Positions 40,891 through 49,666 of a stretch of DNA of 64,000 nucleotides are shown piece by piece. The position numbers and the translations under genes were made by a program. The notes below the pieces were generated by a model, which was not told where the DNA came from, made no database searches, and worked only from the letters and a program-made list of their open reading frames with translations. The first letter of the stretch is position 1; every line of letters begins with the position of its first letter. The stretch is from Candidatus Bathyarchaeota archaeon (GTDB lineage: Archaea > Thermoproteota > Bathyarchaeia > Bathyarchaeales > Bathycorpusculaceae). Location: the NCBI GenBank assembly GCA_963702095.1, contig OY969706.1:2144001-2208000 (forward strand). The letters are read 5' to 3'.

Positions 40891-42476
40891 CAGACTTAGA
40901 AAAGAAGCTTGAACAGCAACTAGAAAAAATCGAAAATGCAGCCGCCCAGCAAATTAAGACAATGAGTAAAAAAACCACGATACGAAACTTGTTTCCGATA
41001 GCAGCCGGGGGATTAGCGGTCTTTTTGCTTATGGTTAGCATGGTTGTGGTTGCACCCTACATGTTTCTACTTGATGTTCCAGCATCTGACACTGCCCATC
41101 CCTACACCACACAGGAACAGGAAGGTAGAACCCTTTTCATGAGTTTAGGCTGTTTTTACTGCCACTCACAACAGGTTAGAGCTGCTGATTGGGGTTTAGG
41201 TAACGTTTCACAAGAAGGCGATTATGTGTACGATAGCCCCCACGCTTTGGGCACAGAACGTACGGGACCCGATCTAGCTCAAATAGGGGGTATGCGACCG
41301 ACGATTTGGCATCACTTGCACGACCGAGACCCCCGAAGTGTTAGCCCCGGCTCGATCATGCCAAACTTTAACTTTTTAACAGACGAGCAAATTGATGCAC
41401 TAACCGCTTACATCCAGAATTTAGGTCAAGAAAATCTCCAAGTACAAGAGTCAATCACCAACGGTTCTTCCTACCACCCTGTTGTGCCAGAAAATTACTT
41501 TAACGTAACAAACCAATTTGCACCCATTTATTTAGATGTCTTATCAGAGTATGACGCTGGAAACGACGTCTTCAACGGAAACGCTTCAATTGCGGACCAA
41601 TGGGCTGCAATATACGACGTCGCCAAAGCAGACTACACTGCACGTTGCCTGCCCTGCCACGGTTGCTCGGGAAACGCTCAAGGACCCTACGCCCGCCATG
41701 TAGTCACTCAACCTGCTAACCTTCATGAACGCATAGCAACTTTCCCCGGTGATAATTACCATATTTGGCGAGTAACCGAAGGCGTTCCCGGAACGGCAAT
41801 GCCCGCATGGGGTTTAACACTTAACGATACAGCGATACAGATGATTGCCATCTACGAGATGAGTTTCGTTTTCGGCTCCGCAAGAACCATCGATGGCGGA
41901 ATCTCCGACGCAGAAGGCGACGCCTTCGCCCAATCGACCCTCAACTCGCCACCGATAGCTGGTACACAACAGGAGTTTCAAGCAGGAAACGACATCTTTA
42001 ATCTTTATTGTGCCCAATGCCACGGTATGGACGGGCAAGGCGATGGACCTGCATCTGGAGAAGTGCCTAGTGGGTACATAGTTCCGGTTCCGGCTAACTT
42101 TACAGAGTCAGGAAGCGACTTTCAAATGTATGGAAGATATGTATGGAAAGTAAAAGAGGGTGTTGAAACAACCAACATGCCCCCTTGGAAATACTCCTTA
42201 ACTGACGATGAAATCTACCAAGCAGTATTCTATGTCCAAAGTTTCTCTACCCCCCAAGACTACAACACCAAGTGGGGACCACAATACAGTGACCCATTTG
42301 CACAAAACCTAAAAATCAGCCAAACTGGAATAAGTGTCAATCCAGTTGCAGCTCTGATTCTGTTGGCTGCTCTTGTCTTGTGGGATAAAAAGTTCAACCA
42401 AGAAAAAATCAGGGTACAAAAGTGCCGCCAGAAAATGTTTGCAAACTCTTGTGGCTATAGGAGGTTTAGCTTTTGA
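40887..42476 (+). CDS. ccoO: CcoO fused to two additional cytochrome c domains (trihaem)
   Basis: GCFYCHSQQVR, GTERTGPDL, PGSIMP; then CLPCH..TAMPAW and CAQCH..TNMPPW. Confidence 0.9.
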   Translation: MTDLEKKLEQQLEKIENAAAQQIKTMSKKTTIRNLFPIAAGGLAVFLLMVSMVVVAPYMFLLDVPASDTAHPYTTQEQEGRTLFMSLGCFYCHSQQVRAADWGLGNVSQEGDYVYDSPHALGTERTGPDLAQIGGMRPTIWHHLHDRDPRSVSPGSIMPNFNFLTDEQIDALTAYIQNLGQENLQVQESITNGSSYHPVVPENYFNVTNQFAPIYLDVLSEYDAGNDVFNGNASIADQWAAIYDVAKADYTARCLPCHGCSGNAQGPYARHVVTQPANLHERIATFPGDNYHIWRVTEGVPGTAMPAWGLTLNDTAIQMIAIYEMSFVFGSARTIDGGISDAEGDAFAQSTLNSPPIAGTQQEFQAGNDIFNLYCAQCHGMDGQGDGPASGEVPSGYIVPVPANFTESGSDFQMYGRYVWKVKEGVETTNMPPWKYSLTDDEIYQAVFYVQSFSTPQDYNTKWGPQYSDPFAQNLKISQTGISVNPVAALILLAALVLWDKKFNQEKIRVQKCRQKMFANSCGYRRFSF

Positions 42477-42625
42477 ATTTTGACATGTTAATCTATACCA
42501 TCGGCGCTTTAATGATTACGTTGATCACAGCGGGTTTTGTTGTTTGGTCTTTTAAAACTAAACAGTTCGAATCAAACGATTTTCTCCGCTACTACCCACT
42601 TGAGGAGGATGAAGACCAACAGTGA
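42473..42625 (+). CDS. ccoS: CcoS/FixS-like cbb3 assembly peptide (not in ORF track)
   Basis: (MNFD)MLIYTIGALMITLITAGFVVWSFKTKQFESNDFLRYYPLEEDEDQQ* fits the CcoS pattern TM-FxWxxxxxQF...acidic tail; SD AGGAGG upstream; overlaps both neighbours. Confidence 0.7.
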   Translation: MNFDMLIYTIGALMITLITAGFVVWSFKTKQFESNDFLRYYPLEEDEDQQ

Positions 42626-42906
42626 GCTATCTTCCCCCAGTAAAAATCGTCGAGTTAGCTCCCAACGATGTGTACTTAGCCCTGTTCTTAATCGCTGCTG
42701 TAATAATAGCAATCATCTTGATTATCAGAAGCTCTGATGAATACTCTGTTGAGGAAACAGAGAAAAACTCTGAAGAATTCGCTGGAGTAATCCGCGACTC
42801 TAAGGGACCTGTTACCAAATGGCTATGGGCAGTTTACATTGTTTTGATTATTTGGGCTTTGGCGTATTTAGTTCAGCATTGGAGCGAATTTGCGGTCTTC
42901 CCGTAG
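42622..42906 (+). CDS. small membrane protein resembling the CcoP/FixP N-terminal anchor
   Basis: EEFAGVIRDSKGPVTKWLWAVYIVLIIWALAYL resembles the FixP_N pattern (HEWDGIxExxNPLPRWW...FxxGY); no CxxCH. Confidence 0.62.
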   Translation: MSYLPPVKIVELAPNDVYLALFLIAAVIIAIILIIRSSDEYSVEETEKNSEEFAGVIRDSKGPVTKWLWAVYIVLIIWALAYLVQHWSEFAVFP

Positions 42907-43252
42907 GGTAGCATAGCATTAGATTTAAAGTTAACATGACTGCCAAAATTAAAATAATCAAAGTTTCGCGCCATATTTTGTTTAAAGGTCATCATGATAT
43001 GCTTTATAGAGAATTTTTCTGTTCACAAGTAAGAAGTTTACTTTACATTGCTCAACTTCTTGTCAGTGCGGCTATCTTGTAACATCGTCGCCGTTACAAA
43101 AAGTGCTAAACATAAACCACAGGAAAACTGTATAAACGTTAAAACAACGTTGGGGCCTTCAATGGTGAATAGATGGTTAAAGCAGTCCTGAATGTTGAAT
43201 TACGATGTTTTCACAATGTTTTAACTGAAAAAACACCGTTTTAAACTTAAGA

Positions 43253-43416
43253 ACCCAAAATATCGTGTTATAGAGGTTAACAAAAAGCCGCATTAACCGC
43301 GATGTTTTCCGTTCTGTTTTCCATGAAAAAGAGTTAAGAGCTTGTTGCGGGGTTTTGCGGTGTTACTGTTGAGGCTTTTCCCATGCCTTTAGGGCATATA
43401 CAACAGTTCCAGAGCC
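43253..43416. repeat. direct repeat R1, copy 2
   Basis: Aligns with 31364-31540 in the same orientation. Confidence 0.85.
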
Positions 43417-43962
43417 CCGGCAAACCCTATAGCCTCAAAACAGTCATAAAGCGCTCAAGAATGATAATACCTTATCAATGATACCGTTCAAGGCACAAAG
43501 CCCTGATGGTAACCATAAAAGTTGAGAAAATACTAAACCCAGGCAAAGTTCAAGCTCGATCTACCAATAGACTTGCGATGAGACCACAGAATAATACTTG
43601 AGTCCGGCACTGGACCCTAGACTTGGGACAAACTTGTATCAAAAAGAAACGACGTATATGCCATAGACAAAGCCGTCGCGAGGATTATGCTGAATCCGCC
43701 GGCATAACGGTGGAGGACTGGAGCGCCAAAACAGGGCCAATACGGCTTGAAAGCATCGACGAGGTTCGGCTTTGGGCATTCTGCGAAGCAATGCTGTGGC
43801 AAAAATGACCAAGATAAAAACAACCTTTAGTTCTTGCTAAAAAACCGCGTCCTCTACGCGTCCACTACCTGAGCAAATAGAGAAGCGTGACTAACTGGTT
43901 TTTATGGGGATGGGGTGGGTTAATAAGTGGGTAAATACTACTTTAACCACTGGTGACGTGAT

Positions 43963-44211
43963 GTGACGGCTGAACTTAAAGCAATAAAAATCAGCAAAGA
44001 AACATACGCTGAATTAAGCGCTATCGCAGGCGAATTACAGATCAAAACAAAAAGGTCAGTATCCATTGATGAAGCAATGAAGTACTTAATACGTCAGAAC
44101 AAGAAGGGAAGAAAGATTTCGGATTTAGCTGGTTCTTGGATCATGAGTGATGATGAAGCAGAAGAAATCAAAGCGTCAACAGCTAAGGCATGGGAAACAT
44201 GGAAACCTTAA
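43963..44211 (+). CDS. putative VapB-type antitoxin
   Basis: N-terminal IKISKETY..L DNA-binding pattern and LAGSW.MSDDEAEEI; overlaps the PIN gene. Confidence 0.78.
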   Translation: MTAELKAIKISKETYAELSAIAGELQIKTKRSVSIDEAMKYLIRQNKKGRKISDLAGSWIMSDDEAEEIKASTAKAWETWKP

Positions 44212-44606
44212 AAACGGTAATCGATACCGACCTCTTAATTGACCTGCTAAGAAACCAAAAACAAGCAACATCATTCATTGCTAAGATAGAGGAAAAAAAC
44301 TACCTTTTGGCCACTACCGCAATTAACATTTTTGAACTCCATCATGGAGCGCATAAATCCCAAGAAAGCGAAAAAAATCTTCAAGCAATCAACGTACTTG
44401 TAAGCCGATTGTCCATTCTTCCGTTGACATCAAAGGCTGCGCAGAAAGCAGGCCACATATACGCTCAACTAGAGCGTGAAGGACAACCGATTGGGCTAAG
44501 AGATACCCTCATTGCCGCTATCGCCATAACGCGGGAATGCAGCGTCGCCACACGCAACCAACAGCACTTTAACAGAATTTCTGGTTTAAAAATTATCACA
44601 CCATAA
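44190..44606 (+). CDS. vapC: VapC/PIN-domain toxin
   Basis: IDTDLLID, FEL, RDTLIAA and TRN..HF motifs. Confidence 0.9.
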   Translation: MGNMETLKTVIDTDLLIDLLRNQKQATSFIAKIEEKNYLLATTAINIFELHHGAHKSQESEKNLQAINVLVSRLSILPLTSKAAQKAGHIYAQLEREGQPIGLRDTLIAAIAITRECSVATRNQQHFNRISGLKIITP

Positions 44607-44690
44607 AACCGCTGAAAACGCTCTCACTAACGACCCATCGGGCTTCTACTACTGAGAAAAAAGACAAAACCCAAGATCAATACTAGCCAA

Positions 44691-44876
44691 CTCCTCGGCT
44701 CTGCCATAGAAGTAGTCGACGCTACAACCCCTATGACGACTACTACCAGTAAAAATAGTACCGAACGATTTTTACAGTAGAAAAAGTGCAAATTTTGCCT
44801 CTTTCTTTTTCTTTTCAATACATTGGATTTCTATTTGAACCCACTGTTATATGTGGGTCCACGGCCAAAAGTCAAT
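44691..44876. repeat. direct repeat R2, copy A
   Basis: 44811-44855 is identical (45 nt) to 47108-47152; flanks align with mismatches. Confidence 0.9.
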
Positions 44877-44920
44877 TTTTTATGTATATCTGATGTTACT
44901 TAAAAAAGAGAGAATAGGCT

Positions 44921-45754
44921 CTAGAATGGCGCGAATACTCCGATAAATACCAGCCATGCCAGTGCCGTTTTGGCGACAAAACTAAGCACGATGTATGTTC
45001 TTTCGCCGTAAAGATAATCCTTCCAGCGACCTACACCTTTGTATTGCAATACCATGTTGAGAGCAAATACATTGAACACTGCAAAGTAAACGAGTAATAT
45101 CGAGTATACAAAGGCGGGCGGCTCAACGCCTGTTGAGGTAATTGCTGCTACGAAATAGGCAAATAGCACCACCCATGGGATACCTCCTGAAACGCAGCCC
45201 ACCACAAACGCTGACCACGAAGTTTTTTCGGTATGCTGATTTACTACTTCCATGTAGTATCCGAACATTATCATCATGGCGTTTAAAGTGAAGATCATAA
45301 CTAGCGACCAGAAGTCCCAGACACCTACGAATGTGGCAATTAGTACAATCATTATTGAGCTGGAAAGGGCGTACTCGTACCACCGGTATGGGTTCATCCC
45401 TTTCGCCAAGTTTTTGTTATAGTCCTTGTTTTTTGGAAAAGCGATAATGAAATGCGCTAATGCTGAAAGTAACGGAAATGCTGCAACGATTACTCCCAGA
45501 TAGCTTAGTGTAAACCAGACTTGAGGGTCAGGTGCGATATTAAAGACAGGTGGCGATCCAGGGGTTATGTCGAGTTTAAGGTAAAATGTGTATATGTCTT
45601 GTTCCCAAATTAAAAGTGTGCCTAGAACGAGCATTATTATTCCCTGTGATAAGTGTAGGATTCCAGCACCCAAATTGAATTTCTTTAAGTAACCAAATGA
45701 AATAGGCGATTTTGCTATTATCTCCTGTCTTTCCTTATAATTCAACATTTCCAC
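44921..45754 (-). CDS. heliorhodopsin
   Basis: FNLGAGILHLSQ, SALAH, NPYRWYEYALSSSIM, GERTYIVLSFVAK (retinal Lys in SxxAK). Confidence 0.93.
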   Translation of the reverse strand: MEMLNYKERQEIIAKSPISFGYLKKFNLGAGILHLSQGIIMLVLGTLLIWEQDIYTFYLKLDITPGSPPVFNIAPDPQVWFTLSYLGVIVAAFPLLSALAHFIIAFPKNKDYNKNLAKGMNPYRWYEYALSSSIMIVLIATFVGVWDFWSLVMIFTLNAMMIMFGYYMEVVNQHTEKTSWSAFVVGCVSGGIPWVVLFAYFVAAITSTGVEPPAFVYSILLVYFAVFNVFALNMVLQYKGVGRWKDYLYGERTYIVLSFVAKTALAWLVFIGVFAPF

Positions 45755-45839
45755 CTTCTCTGCCTTAAAATATCCTCAAAATTAATAGAACATTTTATTC
45801 TAAAAAAACGAGTGACATGAATTAGCACAGTAGAGGTCT

Positions 45840-46271
45840 TTAATGCGCCATTTCCATCGGTGGTATCAAAACTTTATCGATGGCATGAATTACGCCGTTG
45901 TCTGTCACTATATCCGCTTTTACTATGTGGGCATCGTTAACTTTAGGCATACTATGGCCATGCCACGTAGACGCATCGATTCTTATATCTTCACCTTCAA
46001 CTGTTTTCGCAGTTTTAAGCTTAGCTACCTCTGAGGAAGTAACTTTACCAGCAACAACATGATATGTTAAGATTGATTTAAGCTTTGGAATATCTTTAAG
46101 GAGATTCTCAACTGTTCCCTTAGGCAGTTTCTCGAAAGCATCATCTGTTGGAGCAAAGACTGTAAATGGGCCGGGACTCTTTAGTGTCTCAACTAATCCG
46201 GCAGCCTGAACAGCAGTCACCAATGTTTTGAAATTGCCCGCGGATATTGCAGTGTCGACAATATCAACCAT
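45840..46271 (-). CDS. fasciclin (FAS1) domain protein without signal peptide
   Basis: [25 protein letters not shown] and [11 protein letters not shown] motifs; SD GGAGGTG at 46281-46287. Confidence 0.92.
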   Translation of the reverse strand: MVDIVDTAISAGNFKTLVTAVQAAGLVETLKSPGPFTVFAPTDDAFEKLPKGTVENLLKDIPKLKSILTYHVVAGKVTSSEVAKLKTAKTVEGEDIRIDASTWHGHSMPKVNDAHIVKADIVTDNGVIHAIDKVLIPPMEMAH

Positions 46272-46427
46272 AAAACTCTTCACCTCCTAATGATTGACTA
46301 AATTTTCAATCCCGTATTCGCAAGTTTAACAAATAAAAATATGTGATTACATAAGATCAGTCACATTGACAATTTAGTCTTGCTTCTTAATTGTAGTTGG
46401 AGACATATCCAGTAGTTTTTTGATGGG

Positions 46428-46979
46428 TTGATTATGGTTCAAAGTGCAAAGTATCAAGTTGTAAGGAAATTAGGCAAAGTGCAAATTCGGCGTTACCCAA
46501 AAATAGTGATAGCAAAAGTTTCGAACCTTGAGTTAGATAATTTTGGGCTCCTTTTCCGTTTCATATCAGGAAACAACAAGCAAAAAGCAAAAGTAAAAAT
46601 GACGGCGCCTGTCGTTTCACAAGATACATCTCAAGAAATAAAGATGACATCACCCGTTTTATCCGAATTCTCCCGTCAAGGTTACATGGCTTTTGTTATG
46701 CCTTCTGAACTAAATCTGGAAACTACGCCCCTGCCTCTAGATAGCCGTATCAAGATAGAAGAGGTTCCCTCAAGGTTAGTTGCGGCATTGCGTTTCTCCG
46801 GAAGCTGGTCTGAAGATCACTTTGAAGAAAAAACCAGAGAGCTACTACAAGAGCTAGCTAACGCAAACATAACAACAAAAGGCACCGTCTTTACCATGCT
46901 GTACAATCCACCTTTTACTCCAAGCTTTCTAAGAAGAAATGAAGTAGCAATCGAGGTTGAGCATACAAGCGAACCTTGA
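46428..46979 (+). CDS. SOUL haem-binding protein
   Basis: IRRYP, LFRFISGNN, KMTAPV, MAFVMP, RFSG and YNPPFTP.FLRRNEV motifs. Confidence 0.92.
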   Translation: MIMVQSAKYQVVRKLGKVQIRRYPKIVIAKVSNLELDNFGLLFRFISGNNKQKAKVKMTAPVVSQDTSQEIKMTSPVLSEFSRQGYMAFVMPSELNLETTPLPLDSRIKIEEVPSRLVAALRFSGSWSEDHFEEKTRELLQELANANITTKGTVFTMLYNPPFTPSFLRRNEVAIEVEHTSEP

Positions 46980-46988
46980 CTGTATCAC

Positions 46989-47310
46989 CTCCCGGTATCT
47001 GTCATAGAAGTAGACGATGCACACTATCTAAACGACTACTACCATCAAAACAGCACCGAACGATTTCTATAGTAGAAGAAGAAGTGCAATTTTTCCTCTT
47101 TCTTCTTCTTTTCAATACATTGGATTTCTATTTGAACCCACTGTTATATGTGCGTCCAAGCAAAAAGTCAATGGGCCTTTTTTGGTTTAGAAGTAGTAGT
47201 TGAACAAAGAAAATATCCTGTACTACTACTTCTGAGATAAACCAACAAGCGCAGCTTCTTTTATTATTGCAGGTAGTAGTCGTCGATAGGCTGCTAAAGA
47301 CTACTATTTC
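46989..47310. repeat. direct repeat R2, copy B, extended into an array of GTAGT/ACTAC dyads
   Basis: Homologous to copy A over 46989-47172; perfect 12-bp inverted repeats at 47189-47200/47222-47233 and 47032-47043/47272-47283. Confidence 0.85.
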
Positions 47311-47418
47311 TCGCTCAACTGGCACTTAGATTATACAGTGGGCGCTTTTTGTGGGGTTGTAATAATCATTTTATAAGGGCTATAGTACCGCTAGATAAAC
47401 TTTCAAGTATCTTTATCC

Positions 47419-47565
47419 ACCGAAGCCCCTTCAACACCCACACCGACCGAGCGGCCGCAGCCTGCTGCCGACCTCTACTTTATGCCTGCAGTGGCGGGTA
47501 TAATCATCGCAATCGCAGTAGTAGGCGCATTACTGGCTTTACTGATGCTAAGAAAACATCCATAA
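47419..47565 (+). pseudogene. orphan C-terminal linker plus TM anchor of a surface protein
   Basis: TEAPSTPTPTERPQPAADLYFMPAVAGIIIAIAVVGALLALLMLRKHP*; in-frame stops just upstream. Confidence 0.6.
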
Positions 47566-47585
47566 AAACACAAAACGCTACAATC

Positions 47586-47601
47586 ATCCCTTCCTTTTTT
47601 T
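47586..47601 (+). terminator. putative archaeal oligo-T terminator
   Basis: CCCTTCC followed by a T run, about 20 nt after the stop of the anchor fragment. Confidence 0.35.
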
Positions 47602-47968
47602 GGAGTTTAATTGGCAAAATGTGGGCTGAGTGGGCTCTGGAATAGAAATAACAGATCGCGGTTGAAGAATGGTTTAGTTGCATTTTCCATTCTTTTCGCC
47701 TTTAGTTGCGGTCCAGAGCCCCCGCAAACCGACATCTGATATTTCAAAATTGATACTCTCAATATCAACAGGGAACAAAGTTAAAATAGAAGAAGACATG
47801 AAAGCAACGACACGACTTAAATTAGACGTAAAAAAAAGCAACGATTCAGCAAAAATGACAAACATAAAAACATCATTTTAAAAATGGGACAAAACAGCAA
47901 GTTTGCAACTTATGAGTAAGATATCTCAAAATGTTAGAGCATCTAAACCACCAAATTGGAGCAAAAAA

Positions 47969-48148
47969 AAGTACAGCACGTTCAGCGAGGGCACAAGCGA
48001 CAGCGCCATGTAGGAATGGATTGCCACTCATGATAGGGGCAACCGGATTATCCAGATAGGCGACTCTAACTACCTCAACACAAACCTAAACATAACACCT
48101 ATAACTTACTTTAAGGCGGCAATAGACTATCTAGCACTCTACAATACG
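47969..48148 (+). pseudogene. degraded fragment of a paralogue of the 29535-31058 DUF3131-like gene
   Basis: KYSTFSEG..M*EWIA..IIQIGDSN.LNTNLNITPITYFKAAIDYLALYNT aligns with KFTAFSEG..VWECVA..VVQTGDCN.VDTDVDVTPVVFLKAALGFLAVYNT; TAG at 48011 replaces Trp. Confidence 0.75.
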
Positions 48149-48452
48149 GGGCAGCTTGCGTTCCTTGAAGCCACAGTATCGCAGCATAAACAGCAAAGAC
48201 TACGAAGAATCACTATGATTGCTGTATAAATCACCGAAGTGGCTATTTAGCCAGTGACTCCCGAGCCGTCTCCACTTAGAGTTTTTAGTTTTAGACATTA
48301 GTCGGGCGCCCAAGTAGCATAACCATCAAGCGTTTAGCAGGTGTCACCTGAAGTTAACAAGTATCATTCAAGGGTACTATGAAGCGAGCCAAATCTGGAA
48401 AAGCCTACAAAAACAGAATAACAATTAATACGCTATTACAGATATGAAATCG

Positions 48453-49526
48453 CTAACAAGATTGGAAATCTTCTTTCTGCTGGTCCTTATTAACCGACTT
48501 AAGGCAATGAGTAAAGATCTGCGCACTAGTTTGGGCTATATACTCAACTTGAGTGTCTGATAGTGAGGGATAGATTGGGATGCTTATAGTTTCCTTAAAA
48601 CACCTTTCAGCATTCGGAAAATCTTTTGGTGAAAGCCCCATTGACCTATGCAGTAAGCTGTCTACACCTTTTCTCACCGCAATATTTTTTTGTTCAAATT
48701 GTTTTTTAAGGAAATCAAATGGTAACGGGACCATTAATGGAAATCTAAAAAACATACTCCGTTGCCGCAATGAAGGGGGCATACAGATATTTTCAATATT
48801 TTCTAGAGATTCAAAATACTTGTAGGCAATTACTTTTCGAATTTCTAAAAATTTATTATACTGTTCTATTTGGCTAATCCCTAGAGAAGCTTGAAGGTCA
48901 CTCATAGGAAATAAAGACTGCATAGACCGTATTCGTTGTATGTAATCCTCGTTATTGCTTAACACCATGCCTCCCTCTCCCGTAGTCAGACATTTTGTAG
49001 CTTGGAAAGAACATACAGTCAACTGACCAAAAGTTCCAATCTTGCGCCTGTTAATTTGGGCCCCAAACGCTTGGGCTATATCTTCGATAACAGGTACACC
49101 TAATTGTGTTATAGGTTCAACGTCTGCAGCGATTCCATATAAATGCGGTACAATTATTGCCTTGGTTTTTGAAGTTATAAGACCTTGAACTGAATTGCAA
49201 TCCATATTCCAGTATTTACTCACATCACATAGTACAGGAGTGGCACCTATACTAACCGTTGCGAGGAGGACAGTTGGGCAGATATAGGTTGGCAATATTA
49301 TTTCGTCACCAGTTGTCACGCCCAAGGCTTTTAACGCAAGGAATATTGCAGATGTACCGCTTGAAGTTGCCAAACCACTCTCTAAATCCAAATAGTTAGA
49401 AACCGTATTCTCAAAGTCAGCGACCTTGTTCCCCCTTGCAATCATCCCCATTCGCAATATTGTTAGAGTTGAAGTTTCATCACTTAAGGTTATAGAGGGC
49501 TTAGAGTGAGAAATTAATGGATCCAT
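48453..49526 (-). CDS. DegT/DnrJ/EryC1/StrS sugar aminotransferase
   Basis: SSGTSA, EDIAQAFG and SFQATKCLTTGEGG motifs. Confidence 0.88.
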   Translation of the reverse strand: MDPLISHSKPSITLSDETSTLTILRMGMIARGNKVADFENTVSNYLDLESGLATSSGTSAIFLALKALGVTTGDEIILPTYICPTVLLATVSIGATPVLCDVSKYWNMDCNSVQGLITSKTKAIIVPHLYGIAADVEPITQLGVPVIEDIAQAFGAQINRRKIGTFGQLTVCSFQATKCLTTGEGGMVLSNNEDYIQRIRSMQSLFPMSDLQASLGISQIEQYNKFLEIRKVIAYKYFESLENIENICMPPSLRQRSMFFRFPLMVPLPFDFLKKQFEQKNIAVRKGVDSLLHRSMGLSPKDFPNAERCFKETISIPIYPSLSDTQVEYIAQTSAQIFTHCLKSVNKDQQKEDFQSC

Positions 49527-49666
49527 GACATTTCCTCAATGCTTTTTTACTGGTAGTTCTTAGTTAAACCTTCGCTATATTTTAGTTTAAACCACACACA
49601 CGATTTCATTCATTATTTTCAGAAAACAATAAAATCTTGAATAAAAAAGTTATCTAAAGAAATAGT

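Noticed and set aside
43617-43823. Short ORFs after R1 copy 2
   Set aside because: Possibly a gene remnant, but no family could be recognised
44921-45754. Ion-pumping type-1 rhodopsin
   Set aside because: RWYEY and SxxAK are heliorhodopsin signatures; there is no DxxxK helix-G motif
46292-46366. Canonical FNR or CRP boxes
   Set aside because: Spacer lengths (8 and 14) do not fit TTGAT-N4-ATCAA or TGTGA-N6-TCACA
44691-47310. CRISPR array or integron attC cassettes
   Set aside because: No regular repeat-spacer period, no cas or intI gene, and no attC-type ends recognised
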